A DNA stretch of 64,000 nucleotides, taken from an uncultured virus (IMG/VR IMGVR_UViG_3300020469_000029). Its lineage: Duplodnaviria > Heunggongvirae > Uroviricota > Caudoviricetes > Kyanoviridae. The stretch lies in the IMG/VR virus record IMGVR_UViG_3300020469_000029; one strand, written 5' to 3'. The position numbers were made by a program, and so were the translations under genes. The notes below the pieces were generated by a model, which worked only from the letters and a program-made list of their open reading frames with translations, did no database searches and was not told where the DNA came from. This document shows positions 38,585 to 51,100 of the stretch, in pieces. Numbering within the stretch: position 1 is the stretch's first letter; each line of letters begins with the position of its first letter.

Positions 38585-40180
38585 ATGACAGCCACAGCAT
38601 CTTATAACAATGCCACTAAGGTTATAACAGTGGAGTCCAACGGACTCCCTGCACCTGTATCCTTTGGCACGTTCCCAAATGATAATAACCCAAATACTGT
38701 AACTGAACAGGACTTCGATCATGACTTCTTATACCGTGGAGGAACATTTGGAATTGCTCGCACATTTGATAATAATGGATATACACATGACGGATACATT
38801 AGAAGAATTACTATTTCAGTAAACGATCTTACATTGTTTACTAATAATCAAATATCTACTGAAGATAATATATTTGTCCATTTTAGTGATGGGTTAAAGC
38901 AAAAATTCATTTATAGAGGTACAATATTTACTTCTATTGCTGGTGAGTGTTGGTTATCGTCAGATGATCAATTAGATTTTATTGTAGATACACAGGCAAC
39001 TACTCCTGTTAGTGGCACATATGAATATTATGATCAAAGAAATGGAAGAACTGAGACACCTTTAGGTGCTATAGGAATTTCAGGTAATGGAGTAACTATT
39101 TTTAATCCTTCTGCTGGTGCTGGACTTAATCCACCATCAGGGTTTAGTTGGGTTGCTGCTGGAGATCTACCTTTTGTTAGTTCTGGGGAAGATTCTTGTG
39201 GTGGACACCCAGAACAAACAGGTCAATATCATTACCATGACCCACATTTCCTAGATTGTTGGAAAGCAAACTCTGCAATGGCGGGTTACAACGATTATTA
39301 TGGGTCAACTCAGTTTAATGGAGACAATATTCGTCACCCTGATGGTCATTCTAAGATGATCGGTATATCATTTGATGGATTTCCTATCTATGGACCTTAT
39401 GGATATGATGTTGCATTCAATAATTTGAGTGGCGTTAGAACAATGAGGACTTCATACGGTGTCAAAGACACTGAGGCAGCTGGTAGACCTGATTATGGGT
39501 CTACTACAGACAATCCTCCTGCTGGAACTCTCATGGAGGACTATGAATATGTTGAAGGAACTGGTGATCTAGACAGTCATAATGGTAGATTTGCAATTAC
39601 ACCTGAATATCAGAATGGTACCTATGCTTATTTTCTTACTGTTGATGAAAATAATGTAGATAATACTAAATTCCCATATATTATGGGATTTACAACTAGA
39701 GAAGTTATTGACACAACCTTCACTGTCTCACCTGTCCAACAAGGTGGAGGCGGTGGCGGTGATCAAGGTGGCGGTGGTGTAGTTCCAACATTGTCATTCG
39801 CCAACCAACCGCAAAACGTAACTGTAAATGCCAATCAAACTGCAACATTTACAGTCACAAGTTTAATAACACCCGAAGACGGACCAGTTACTTATCAATG
39901 GTATAGGTCTACAGACGGTGGATTTGCATTTGCTGCTCTTACTGGAGCAACAACAGACACATATGCAGTCACTGCACTGTCATATATGACTGGATATCGT
40001 TATCGTTGTAGAATTACTGGTCCTGTAGGTGCTGCAACTCAAGCATCCAACTCACCATTAGATTCTAATCAAGTATTATTAACTGTAACTGGTGGAGGTG
40101 GCAGTGGTAGCACCGATAATCGATTCGATAGCACCAGTAGCACATTAGATTCTACCTCACAAACCTTCGATGGTACCTAA
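38585..40180 (+). CDS. YHYH-domain virion protein with C-terminal Ig-like domain (531 aa)
   Basis: GQYHYHD, HSKMIG.SFDGFPIYGPYGY, GDLD.HNGRF; QPQNVTV...YQWY...YRYRC Ig-like domain. Confidence 0.85.
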   Translation: MTATASYNNATKVITVESNGLPAPVSFGTFPNDNNPNTVTEQDFDHDFLYRGGTFGIARTFDNNGYTHDGYIRRITISVNDLTLFTNNQISTEDNIFVHFSDGLKQKFIYRGTIFTSIAGECWLSSDDQLDFIVDTQATTPVSGTYEYYDQRNGRTETPLGAIGISGNGVTIFNPSAGAGLNPPSGFSWVAAGDLPFVSSGEDSCGGHPEQTGQYHYHDPHFLDCWKANSAMAGYNDYYGSTQFNGDNIRHPDGHSKMIGISFDGFPIYGPYGYDVAFNNLSGVRTMRTSYGVKDTEAAGRPDYGSTTDNPPAGTLMEDYEYVEGTGDLDSHNGRFAITPEYQNGTYAYFLTVDENNVDNTKFPYIMGFTTREVIDTTFTVSPVQQGGGGGGDQGGGGVVPTLSFANQPQNVTVNANQTATFTVTSLITPEDGPVTYQWYRSTDGGFAFAALTGATTDTYAVTALSYMTGYRYRCRITGPVGAATQASNSPLDSNQVLLTVTGGGGSGSTDNRFDSTSSTLDSTSQTFDGT

Positions 40181-40183
40181 ATA
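40177..40183 (+). promoter_or_regulatory. late promoter variant CTAAATA
   Basis: 20 nt upstream of the 40204 start. Confidence 0.6.
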
Positions 40184-40203
40184 ACCCTGTAAAGACTTCA
40201 ATC

Positions 40204-41685
40204 ATGGCAAAGCAAACCCTAGCAATTGGATCGTCAGCTAATGACGGGACTGGTGACAGTCTGAGAGATGGTGCTATAAAATTAAATAGCGTCATTGATG
40301 AGTTGTATACCAATCTCGGCAACGATACCAATTTACAAGTAAATATAGGAACTCCTAGTTCAGGACAACTTCTAAAATGGAATGGAGCTCAGTTCGCTGA
40401 GGGTAATTTTGATAGTTTTACTGGTGATGTAGATGTTAATGGACATAAAATTGTATCAGCAGCAAATGGTGACATAACTGTCCAACCAAATGGCAGTGGA
40501 GATATTAAACTCTGGGCTGGTGGCACAGGATCTGCTCTAACATACATCGATGGTGCTGATGGTAAGTTAAAGTATACTAATTCTTTTGCTACTACTGGAG
40601 ATTTACCAGACAATGCCACCCATGATGGTATGTTTGCTCTTGTAGTTGCTGATAATACAGCAAGAGTTGCAACCAGTGGTGGTTGGAAGAAGATTATAGG
40701 TGAAGATCATAGTCTTGGTGATCTTGGTGATGTAGATATGACTGTTGGAGGTGGACCTTCCGACGGACAAGTCATTAAATGGAATGATTCCAATAGTAAA
40801 TGGGAACCTGCTAATGATGACTCATCAGGTGGAGGTGGTGGAGGCACTACTCAAAACTTATTTGAAACTATTAATGGTGACACTGGTACCACAACAGCAT
40901 CTGCTGCTACAGACACATTAATATTTGCTGGTGGCACTAATATTGCTACTGCTATAACAGGAGATACAGTCACAATTAATATGACTGGTACTCTTGGAGA
41001 GGTTAATCAAAATGCTTACGGAATTATAGGAAGTGACTCAGGAAACAAAACCGCAGATAGTGCATCTACTACTATTAACGTCATTGGTGGGACTGGTATT
41101 AGTACTGCTATCAGTGGAAGTGATCTCACAGTTACAAATGACTCTCCTAACGTAACTCAAGTTGTCTATAGGACAATCACAGGAGACTCAGGATCAACTA
41201 CTGCTGCACTATCAACATCAACATTAAGTATTGCTGGTGGTACTGGTGTTACTACTAGTGCTACTTCAAATACATTGACAGTCAATGCATCAATGTATAC
41301 AGCATCATCACCTGAACAAAATGACAATATTATATACAATGGCACTTCATGGGATGCTGTAGAATCTCCTACAATAGGATTTGAGATTGTTTCTAATGGA
41401 TCATCAGCATATAGATTTACTGGTGGTGGAGTTGGTACAACAACAGATAATCCTACAATATATGTCTATAGAGGTTTCACCTATAGGTTTAATAACATAA
41501 CTGGAGCAGCGCACCCATTTGCTCTTAGACAAACATCAGGTGGTAGCTCAGTAACTGCTGGTGTTAGTGGTAGTGAAAATGGTGTCCAATATTGGACAAT
41601 CCCGATGAATTTAGCTGTTGGAACAACTTATGTGTATCAGTGCACATTACATGCAGCAATGGTTGGAAACTTAACGGTAGTCTAG
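40204..41685 (+). CDS. fibre-like structural protein with gp9/gp10-type N-terminus and C-terminal cupredoxin-like domain (493 aa)
   Basis: MAKQ..IG..ANDGTGDSLRDGAIKLN; three GD.G..TA...T..I.GGT repeats; HPF...YQCTLHAAM. Confidence 0.8.
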   Translation: MAKQTLAIGSSANDGTGDSLRDGAIKLNSVIDELYTNLGNDTNLQVNIGTPSSGQLLKWNGAQFAEGNFDSFTGDVDVNGHKIVSAANGDITVQPNGSGDIKLWAGGTGSALTYIDGADGKLKYTNSFATTGDLPDNATHDGMFALVVADNTARVATSGGWKKIIGEDHSLGDLGDVDMTVGGGPSDGQVIKWNDSNSKWEPANDDSSGGGGGGTTQNLFETINGDTGTTTASAATDTLIFAGGTNIATAITGDTVTINMTGTLGEVNQNAYGIIGSDSGNKTADSASTTINVIGGTGISTAISGSDLTVTNDSPNVTQVVYRTITGDSGSTTAALSTSTLSIAGGTGVTTSATSNTLTVNASMYTASSPEQNDNIIYNGTSWDAVESPTIGFEIVSNGSSAYRFTGGGVGTTTDNPTIYVYRGFTYRFNNITGAAHPFALRQTSGGSSVTAGVSGSENGVQYWTIPMNLAVGTTYVYQCTLHAAMVGNLTVV

Positions 41686-41686
41686 T

Positions 41687-43564
41687 ATGACAAGAACAGT
41701 CCCTGGTAGTGGTGCAGAAATCTTCCCTATATTTAATAGTATATTTGGGGTAAGGGATGTCTATGTCGTTAATAGTGGAAGTGGTTATTCTGCTGCTGAT
41801 CCCCCAAGACTTCGTATAGGAAATTGCGGTACTCCAATTAGAGATGCTGTTCTTAGAGCAGTTATTGAAGGAGATAGTGGTGAGATTACTGCTGTAGAAG
41901 TTATAGATCCTGGTGAAGGATATGATCCGTTACGTCTTAAAATAGAAGATGCTAATGGTGATGGTGCTGCTACTGGTAATGTATTTCTTAAACCTGATGG
42001 ATCCCTAGATTTTGTACAAGTTACTGTACCTGGTGATGGTTACTTTGATGCAGCTGCTCAAATTGTTGGGGGTGGTGGAAGTGGATCAGAATTAGTACCT
42101 ATAACAGGTCTTGTTACGGGTCTTTCTATTGAACAGCAAGGTAGAAATTACACAGAAGAAGATGTTAATATTATTATCTCTGGGGGAGGTGGTGCTGGTG
42201 CTACTGGTGTTGCTAATGTAAACCAATTTGGTGAAGTTTCTTCTATAACCTTAACAAATCAAGGTGAATTCTTTGAGGAGCCTCCACTAATACAGATTAT
42301 TAAAGGTGGTGGATCTGGTGCTTCTGCTGAGGCATTTATAGATCTTGGTCAAATTACTAATATAGATTTATTGACAGGTGGAGGTGGATATACTACTCCC
42401 CCAGAGATTATCTTTACTAGAGATACTAACCTAATTAGAGAAGCTAGAAATAGGCAATCTTTAAATTCTAATGTATATAATTTAACTGGATTAACAACTA
42501 ATATAACTTCTTCTGGTGGTACAATATATGTTGAAACTACCGATCCATATGCTGGTTCAGGTAAGATACTACTTGGTAGAGAAATAATCAGATATACTGG
42601 TAAGACTGCTAGATCTGCTGGTGATGATTTTGATTCATTCACTGGTTGTGATAGAGGAGTTAATTTCCGATTTGATCAGAAAGTTATCTTAGATAATCTG
42701 CAAGATGATCCTAATACTGGTCTAACAAACTATGATTTTCAAGTAACTGATAAGGTTAGAAGAGTCCTTGAATCCTCCAATAACCGAGTTGCTATCGTAT
42801 ATGATTGGGATAGAGTAAATAGAGCACTCTACTTAACCTTTGAGGTTGATGAATTAGCATTCATTGATGGTGGTAGGTCTAACGAAAAATCTAAGATCAT
42901 TGCATTTGTAGCTGGTACTGCTGGTGCTTCTGGCACGGGTGTTGAGCCTCACGTATTATTAGAAGCACTTGGTCAAAATATTGTTACTTTTGTTGATGGT
43001 TTAGGTGTTATTCTTGATAGAGCATTCGAGGATGATGATGAATTAGATGGTGTGGGTGATGGAATTATTGATCTTGTTAATACTGGCACAGAGTTTGAAA
43101 ATCAAATTAACTTAGATGGTGGTATTGCATCGTCTAAATATGGTATAGAGGAAACATTGGGTGGACAAAATACTACTCTATTCCAAATTGGTACTCAGAT
43201 ATATGATGGTAATAATACACCTTTAGTAGCAACTGTGCAATCTGCTGGTGCTTTAGGTGATGGAGATTCCCATTCTGCAACTGCAACCATCATAGTTGAA
43301 TATACCAATGCTGCTGTATTTACGGCAACTGAGATAGTCACTGGACAAACTTCTGGACTTAGTGCTACTAACACTTCTGTAATGTTAGGACCAACAATTG
43401 GCACTAACGAGAATCTATACACTTTATTAGTGAAAGACGTTGTTATTAATGACCCCACATACTATTGGACAGTGGGTGAGACACTACAAGGAAACACCTC
43501 TGGTGCTCAAGCCAAGATATTCTCAGTTGAATATACAACGGCTGTCAGAAATGAAGATGAATAA
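41687..43564 (+). CDS. virion structural protein with Gly-rich GxGY repeats (625 aa)
   Basis: long ORF in the baseplate operon; repeats resemble those in gp7. Confidence 0.8.
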   Translation: MTRTVPGSGAEIFPIFNSIFGVRDVYVVNSGSGYSAADPPRLRIGNCGTPIRDAVLRAVIEGDSGEITAVEVIDPGEGYDPLRLKIEDANGDGAATGNVFLKPDGSLDFVQVTVPGDGYFDAAAQIVGGGGSGSELVPITGLVTGLSIEQQGRNYTEEDVNIIISGGGGAGATGVANVNQFGEVSSITLTNQGEFFEEPPLIQIIKGGGSGASAEAFIDLGQITNIDLLTGGGGYTTPPEIIFTRDTNLIREARNRQSLNSNVYNLTGLTTNITSSGGTIYVETTDPYAGSGKILLGREIIRYTGKTARSAGDDFDSFTGCDRGVNFRFDQKVILDNLQDDPNTGLTNYDFQVTDKVRRVLESSNNRVAIVYDWDRVNRALYLTFEVDELAFIDGGRSNEKSKIIAFVAGTAGASGTGVEPHVLLEALGQNIVTFVDGLGVILDRAFEDDDELDGVGDGIIDLVNTGTEFENQINLDGGIASSKYGIEETLGGQNTTLFQIGTQIYDGNNTPLVATVQSAGALGDGDSHSATATIIVEYTNAAVFTATEIVTGQTSGLSATNTSVMLGPTIGTNENLYTLLVKDVVINDPTYYWTVGETLQGNTSGAQAKIFSVEYTTAVRNEDE

Positions 43565-43568
43565 CCCA

Positions 43569-43576
43569 CATAAATA
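43569..43576 (+). promoter_or_regulatory. late promoter
   Basis: CATAAATA in the intergenic gap before gp8. Confidence 0.75.
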
Positions 43577-43597
43577 AAACTAGGCAATCCGTAGACA

Positions 43598-45133
43598 ATG
43601 GCGTTACTTACCGACCAATTTAGAATCTTTACTGCCGAAAGGTTTAGAAAGTCACTTGAAGGACCAGATCCTACACAGTCTGACCTGTTGGCAGGTAGTG
43701 CTAGGGATCGTCTTTATGTGTTCATAGGCAGACCACAACCGTGGGATAATGAGAATGCAGCCCCAGACCCAGTAGATTCATTCCAAGAATTCTCGGATGA
43801 TTATGCTGATATGATCTCCCTGAAAAGGGTATTGGCAAATGACACTATTCAGGTAGTTAGAAGAACTGACTGGATACCACCCGAACAGACCACTGGTGGT
43901 TTGGGTTATGTTTATGATATGTATCGTCATGATTACTCCTCGACTAAAACTGCATCATCGGGTGCGACTAAACTTTACGACTCTGATTTCTACGTTGTTA
44001 ACTCGTCGTATCAGACTTATAAATGCATTTACAACGGGACATCTCCTGCTGATCCTAACGGTAAACCTTCTACTGTTGAACCTACAGGAACGTCCACTTC
44101 AGTTATCACAACTGCTGATGGCTACCGTTGGAAGTATATGTACACGATCCCTGTTGGTCAAGTCTTAAAATTCTTCTCCAACGAGTACATGCCTGTGCTT
44201 GAAGATACTGCTGTTGTAGCAGACGCTATTGGTGGAGAGATTGACACTATTATTATTGGATCATCTGGTAGTGGTTATAACAATGGTACCTATGAAAACT
44301 GTCCTATTAAAGGTGACGGTGTAGGTGGTAGGGTTTCATTAGTTGTAGACGGTGGTCGTATTGCTTCTGCTACTGTTACATCTGGTGGATCTGGATATAC
44401 CTTCGGTAAAGTTATCATCGATGAGGTTAATGGTATTGGTGCTGGAACAGGTACTGGTGGTAATGTTGAGGTTGTTATTCCTCCTACACTAGGACATGGT
44501 GCTTCTCCTGCTACCGAATTGGGTGGATTCCGTGTGATGATCAACACTAAATTCACTTATGCTGAAGGATCAGGTGACTTCCCAACTGATAACGACTACC
44601 GTCGTATCGGTCTAGTTATCAACCCTAACAAGTATGGCACACAGGAATTAACATCAGACCTGACATTAAGTGCTACTAAAGCTGCAATCTTTGCACCTAC
44701 GTTTACTGGAAACTTCCAAACTGATGAGATTATAACACAATCTCGTACTGTTGGTGGACAGCAAGTAACTGCAAGAGGACGTGTTATATCATGGAACAAT
44801 ACCACTAAGGTGCTTAAATATTATCAGAATAGAGTTGACGGTATCTTCCCAGAATTTACTGGTAACCTAATCGAGTTTGAAGGCGGTAACCCAATCGTGG
44901 GTTCTACTTCAGGTGCATCTGCTGACCCAGATATCAACTTCCCAATTGTTTCAGGATCCTCAACAAGGGTTATAAACAATGCGGAATACGATCTAGGTAT
45001 GGCATTCACCAATGGTTATGCTAAAGCAGAAGTTGATCCTAACTCTGGTGACGTTATCTACATAGATAATAGAGGAGCAATCACCCGTGCTGGTGACCAG
45101 ATAGAAGATATCAAAATCGTAATCGAGTTCTAA
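43598..45133 (+). CDS. gp8: baseplate wedge subunit gp8
   Basis: LYVFIGRPQPW, YKCIYN, DGYRWKYMY, DYRRIGL, SGDVIYIDNR..I.R..DQ.EDIKIVIEF. Confidence 0.93.
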   Translation: MALLTDQFRIFTAERFRKSLEGPDPTQSDLLAGSARDRLYVFIGRPQPWDNENAAPDPVDSFQEFSDDYADMISLKRVLANDTIQVVRRTDWIPPEQTTGGLGYVYDMYRHDYSSTKTASSGATKLYDSDFYVVNSSYQTYKCIYNGTSPADPNGKPSTVEPTGTSTSVITTADGYRWKYMYTIPVGQVLKFFSNEYMPVLEDTAVVADAIGGEIDTIIIGSSGSGYNNGTYENCPIKGDGVGGRVSLVVDGGRIASATVTSGGSGYTFGKVIIDEVNGIGAGTGTGGNVEVVIPPTLGHGASPATELGGFRVMINTKFTYAEGSGDFPTDNDYRRIGLVINPNKYGTQELTSDLTLSATKAAIFAPTFTGNFQTDEIITQSRTVGGQQVTARGRVISWNNTTKVLKYYQNRVDGIFPEFTGNLIEFEGGNPIVGSTSGASADPDINFPIVSGSSTRVINNAEYDLGMAFTNGYAKAEVDPNSGDVIYIDNRGAITRAGDQIEDIKIVIEF

Positions 45134-45137
45134 TTCA

Positions 45138-48100
45138 ATGCCACAGAATACCAATCTAAATATTAGTCCTTATTTTGACGATTTCGATAAGGATAAAAAC
45201 TTTTACAGAGTCTTATTCCGACCAGGATATCCGATTCAGGCAAGAGAGCTCACGACTATGCAGTCGATTCTCCAGAATCAAATGGAGTCGATTGGTCAGC
45301 ACTTCTTTAAAGAAGGCACAATGGTCATACCAGGTCAGGTAGGTTATGACCTGCAAGTGCAAGCAGTTGTTTTACAACAGTCTTTCTTAGGAGTAGACCT
45401 AGAGACATACCGTACCCAAATAAACGGTCAAATTATTGAGGGTATTACAACAGGTATTAAGGCAAAAGTATTATATTCAATCCCTTCTACAGAGAGTAGT
45501 AAGGGATATGTTACATTGTACGTTAAGTATGTTGAGTCAGGTGACACTGTATCTTCCTCAACTACCCAAACATTTCAACCCAACGAGCAGTTATTGGCCG
45601 AAAATGAGATAACTTTCGGTACTACTTTAATTGAGGTTGGATCTCCATTCGCTCAGTTACTACCAGTAGATTCAACTGCTGTAGCATCAACTGCATATAT
45701 TAATGCAGGTGTATACTTTATTAGAGGACACTTCGTAGATGTACCAAGCTCATATCTTATCCTGGATCAATACAGTAACAACCCTTCATACAGAGTTGGA
45801 CTTGAAGTCAGCGAGTCAATCGTTACGCCAGAAGATGATCCATCACTTAATGATAATGCAGCTGGGACATCAAACTATTCTGCTCCAGGTGGTCATAGGT
45901 TTAGAATTAAGACTACGCTTACTAAGAAGCCAATCAACGATGAGACCGATAAGAACTTCATTGAATTACTGCGTATTAACAACTCAAAGGTTGAGCAATT
46001 TGTTACTCACACAGCATATTCAGAGTTGGAAAGGTCAATGGCAAGACGGACTTTTGAAGAGTCTGGAGACTATGTAATTGATACCTTTGCAATTAAAGCA
46101 AGAGAAACACTTGATGATGGTTTTAATAATGGTGTGTATACGGTTGGAGACACAACACAATCTAAGAATACTGCATCAGATGATTTAGTAACATTTGAAA
46201 TATCACCAGGTAGAGCATACGTTAAAGGATATAGGACTGAGTTTCTAACACCACAATACGTTGATGCTCCCAAACCAAGAGATTTTGATTCAGTACAAAA
46301 CGCTATCTTAGCATTCCGTCTAGGACAGATGTTTAAAGTTTATGATGTATATGGATGGCCCGAGCTAACTGGAGAAGGTGTAGCTGCTGCATACCAAGTA
46401 CTTGAATTGTATGATGAGTGGACTGCTAATACTACTAATACTGTAACTGGTAGAAAGATTGGTAGAGCACGTTGTGTGCAGTTACAAGAGTCTAGTATAA
46501 CTGGTGTTTGGGAACTATGGATAATGGATCCCACCATGTTTACTGGTTTCAACTTTGCTGCTGGTAACAATGCAGTTGCTATTGGTGACGTGTTGAAAGG
46601 ACGTACGTCTGGTGCTAAAGGATACGTTGGTGATGCTGGATCAGGTACACACTGTTGGTTAGAGCAAGTATCAGGTGCTTTCTTAAATGGCGAGGTTATC
46701 GAGCGTGATGGCCGAGTTGTTGGTACACTAGAAGCAGCACATACATTTAACCTTACAGATACTAGAAGTGTATTAGGTAGAGCAGACTCTGCTGGTTCTG
46801 GTACTGTAGTATTTGGTTGCAACTTACAACTTAATGATGTAAGAATCATTGAAGGCACAACTATTACCATTGATAGTGCAGGTAATGGAAGATTAGAAGG
46901 ATTCAGATCTAAGTTTTCAAATGACCTACGACCAGGTGATGTAGTTACATCTACTAATACATCTGAAGAAGGTGAGAATACTCTTAGAGTTCAAAGAGTA
47001 GACGTTGCTGGTGGTATTAATGTAACATCTACTAATGCTGCTACAGGTCAGTCAGGATTTATATTTGATTATCTTAATCAGTATGCTTTACTAGAAACAG
47101 GACTTAAGAAAGGTAGTGGTAATAGTGACGGTGAGGTAACTGCATTAGCAAGAATGCGTCCTTTCTTATTCCAAAAAGATTATCAGAATGGTGAGTTATC
47201 TATTGACACACCTAGGACATCGATGAAGTCAATTGCTGACGAATCATTCTTTGTATACAGGACATTTAATAATAAAACTGTAGTGTCTGGTGGTGTTACA
47301 ATATCTCTACCAGAATCTGAGCAGTTTGCAACACTAGATGATGAAAACTATATCCTAACTATCATGGCAGAGTCAGGATCTGTATGGTCAGTTGGTGGTA
47401 ACCTTAATATAGATGCTCTTAATGAAGCAGGTACCCTAACAGTTACCTTTGGTGCTGACAGACAATCAATTACTATTGATGGTTTAGCAAACGTCAATAC
47501 TATTAAATTGACAGCATTGATATCTAAAAATATTGTATCGAAGAAGATTAAGACTGCTGCTAAGATGAGATGTCTTAACGTCCTTCGTACAAGAATTAAC
47601 AACGACCAACCAAAATACGGTTTATCATATGGTAACCTATACGGCACACGTATTGAAGATGAAGAAATATCATTTGCATTAAACGATGTATATAATCTAC
47701 ATGCTGTATATGAATCAGATAATGATGCAGATGCGTCTGCACCATATGTTGTACTAACAGAATCAACCTTCTTTGACAACGGATCTGTTGTAATTGGTAA
47801 GACTTCTGGAGCACGTGGTAGAGTTATTCAATTCATTAACTCCACATTAAGATTATACTTTGTGCAGTTAAATGAGATTCCATTTGCTGCTGGTGAGACT
47901 ATAACAGGCCAGGATGATGATGGTAACGTATTAACTGCTATCATTGACGATGCTGATGGATCAGTTGTTAAGGGTAGTAAGGTAGTTACCTCCCAATATA
48001 CATTAGAACATGGTCAGAAACCACACTTCTATGATGTATCTAAAATTACAAGATATCCTCAGTATACACCTCCAATTCGTAAACTGTTAATCATATTTGA

Positions 48101-51100
48101 TTACTTTGTTCATGAATCTTCAGGAGATTACTTTGCATCTCAATCATATACTGGTATATCATATAAAGAAATTCCTACTTATAAGTTAGATGGATCTATC
48201 AACTTCCTAAGAGACCAAGTAGACTTCCGTCCAGGTGTAGGTGAATTGGCATCGAGAGATGGTACAGTTTCTAACCCATACTTAGTAGAATGTGCTTCTT
48301 TAGATTTTGCTGCAAGACAATTTGATACCTCTGGTGGTGCAGGTGGATCTACAATCTTCGACATACCGAAGGTCAATACTGAGATCCGTATGGACTATTC
48401 ATACTATCTTCCTCGTGCTGACAAGTTATACTTAACACATGATAACCAACTTAAGATAGTATCAGGTATATCCGATGAGGAATTACCACCCCCAGATGGA
48501 ATTGAGAATGCCATGCTATTGGCACAGATTGAATACCGTCCATATGTTTATGACGTAGAAAGAGATATTCTTATTAACCCTGAGATTATCCGTCGTTATA
48601 CTATGAAGGATATTGGTGATCTTGAAACAAGACTAGAGCATGTAGAATACTATACTTCACTATCTCTATTAGAAGTCCAAGCAGAGAATACTAAGACTTA
48701 TGACGATAATGGATTTGACCGTCTCAAGAACGGTTACGTTGTTGATGACTTCACAGACCACAATGTCGGTGACGTACTCAGCGTTGACTACAAGTGCTCC
48801 CTTGATTTTAAGGAGGGTCATTTAAGACCATCACACTTCACAACTAACGTGCCACTTCAGTTGAATATGACTGACTCACAGAATATTGTGAAAACTATTG
48901 GTAATATGGCATTGTTACCTTGGGATGACCATGCAATCATTACCCAACCATATGCATCTAGGACAGAAAATGTAAACCCATTTAACGTGTTTACCTTTAT
49001 TGGTCGTGTTGACTTAACTCCTGCATCAGATGATTGGGTTGATACTGCTCGTCAACCAGCTAGAGTAGAAAACGTAGAAGGAGACTTCTCTTCTGTATCT
49101 GCTGATATGCAAGTAGATGGTGATGGATTCGCTCCTATTCAGTGGGGATCATGGAAGACCAACTGGACTGGTGAGTCATTACAATCTACATCACAGTTTA
49201 GAAATAGATCAGGTTCATTCAGTGCAGGTGGTCGTAGACTCGGTAGATTGGGTCATGGACAAGGAAGACAAGCATTATTTGTACATGAAAGAAGGACTTG
49301 GAGAGTTGTTAACAACCAAGCAAGACAGGGTATTAGGACTAAAGTTGTACCTAAGATTGATAAGAGATCTTTAGGTGATCAGGTTTTATCACAGACAGCA
49401 ATTCCTTGGATTAGATCACGTAACGTTGCATTTAACGTTGAAAGAATGAAACCTCGCACAAGAGTCTATGCATTCTTCGATGGAGTTAATGTAACTACTT
49501 ACATTACACCTAAAGTTATTGAGTTAGTTAAGTCATCTAGTGCTGATCCTAACACTAACGAAACACCTTTTGTTGTTGGTGAGACAGTTGTCGGTAGTAT
49601 ATCTGGATGCCAGTTAAAGATCGCAGCTGCAAATGATGGTTATACAACTGACCCATATGCTACTGGAGCTACTGCTTTAGCAGAGTCTTACGCATCTAAT
49701 ACGTCATACATTAATATAGATACTGCTTCATTAGCAGAAAGTGTTAACCCTAACTACTACGGTAATGTTAACGTCGGTGAGGTGCTAATTGGCCAGACTT
49801 CTGGTGCACGTGCAGTTGTTAGAGATCGTCGTCTACTAACTGATAATATTGGTAGTATAAAGGGTACTTTCTTTATACCTAATCCAGGTAATGATTCCAA
49901 CCCACGTTGGGCAACTGGATCTAGGACAGTCAGATTTACCACATCTAATACTAATGCTAAGAGCACTGGTAGTGTCCAGTCATCTGCTGAAACAATTTAC
50001 ACAGCAGCAGGTACATTGAAGACTGTTAGAGAAAATATACTCGCAGTCCGTAATGCTGAGTTAGTTAAGGATACTGTCAATGATGAAAGACAGGTCATGA
50101 CCACTAGGACTGAGACCAGACAAATTGGTTGGTATGACCCTCTTGCACAATCATTCATATGTGATGAAGAAGGTGGCGTATTCCTAACTGGTGTTGATGT
50201 ATTCTTCAAGACTAAGGATGCTAACATTCCTATCTCTATGCAGATAAGGACAATGGAAAATGGTTATCCTACTAAGGATATTCTTCCTTTCTCTGATGTA
50301 ACAATAGCACCAGCACAGATTGAATTATCTGACAATGCTGCTATCCCATCAAGATTTACATTCAGATCTCCTGTATACGTTAAGCAATCTATTGAATATT
50401 GTTTCGTATTACTATCTGACTCTAATGAGTATAATGTATGGATATCCCGAATGGGTGACATAGATGTCTCAGGAACAAGGACTATATCTGAGCAACCATA
50501 TGCAGGTGTCTTATTCAAGTCACAAAACGCATCTACATGGACTGCCGATCAGTATGAAGATCTTAAATTTACCGTTTATCGTGCTAAGTTTAACCAGACT
50601 ACTGGTATTGCAATGCTCAACAACGCTGAGTTAGGTAAAGGTAACGGTGGTATGAAGAATCTAATAGAGAATCCAATACTGACACTGAAACCAACTCAAC
50701 AACTATCTTTACCAAGTGGTAATAACTATAACTTTACTATTGGTGCAAGGATTAAACAGACTCCATCAGGTGCTTCAGCAACTATTAAAGAGTTTGATGC
50801 TGTATCAGATCCAGAGAAAATTACTATCACAGATATTGATGGAGCGTTTGCAGCAGGTTTCCTAGATGCTAACAGTAATCCATTCCAAGGATTGTCTTCA
50901 TCACAGTCTGTTGTAGTAATGGAATTATCAGCAATATACAATGGTGTGTTTACTGTTGGTAATGTCTTAAGTGGATCTACTTCTTCTGCTGGTGCTATTG
51001 TTACAGCATACTATGGTGTAGGTTCTACACTTCCTGGCGGAGGCACAGCGAGCACGATTACAGTATATGCAAATTATGTTACTAAGGCATTTGACCTGAG

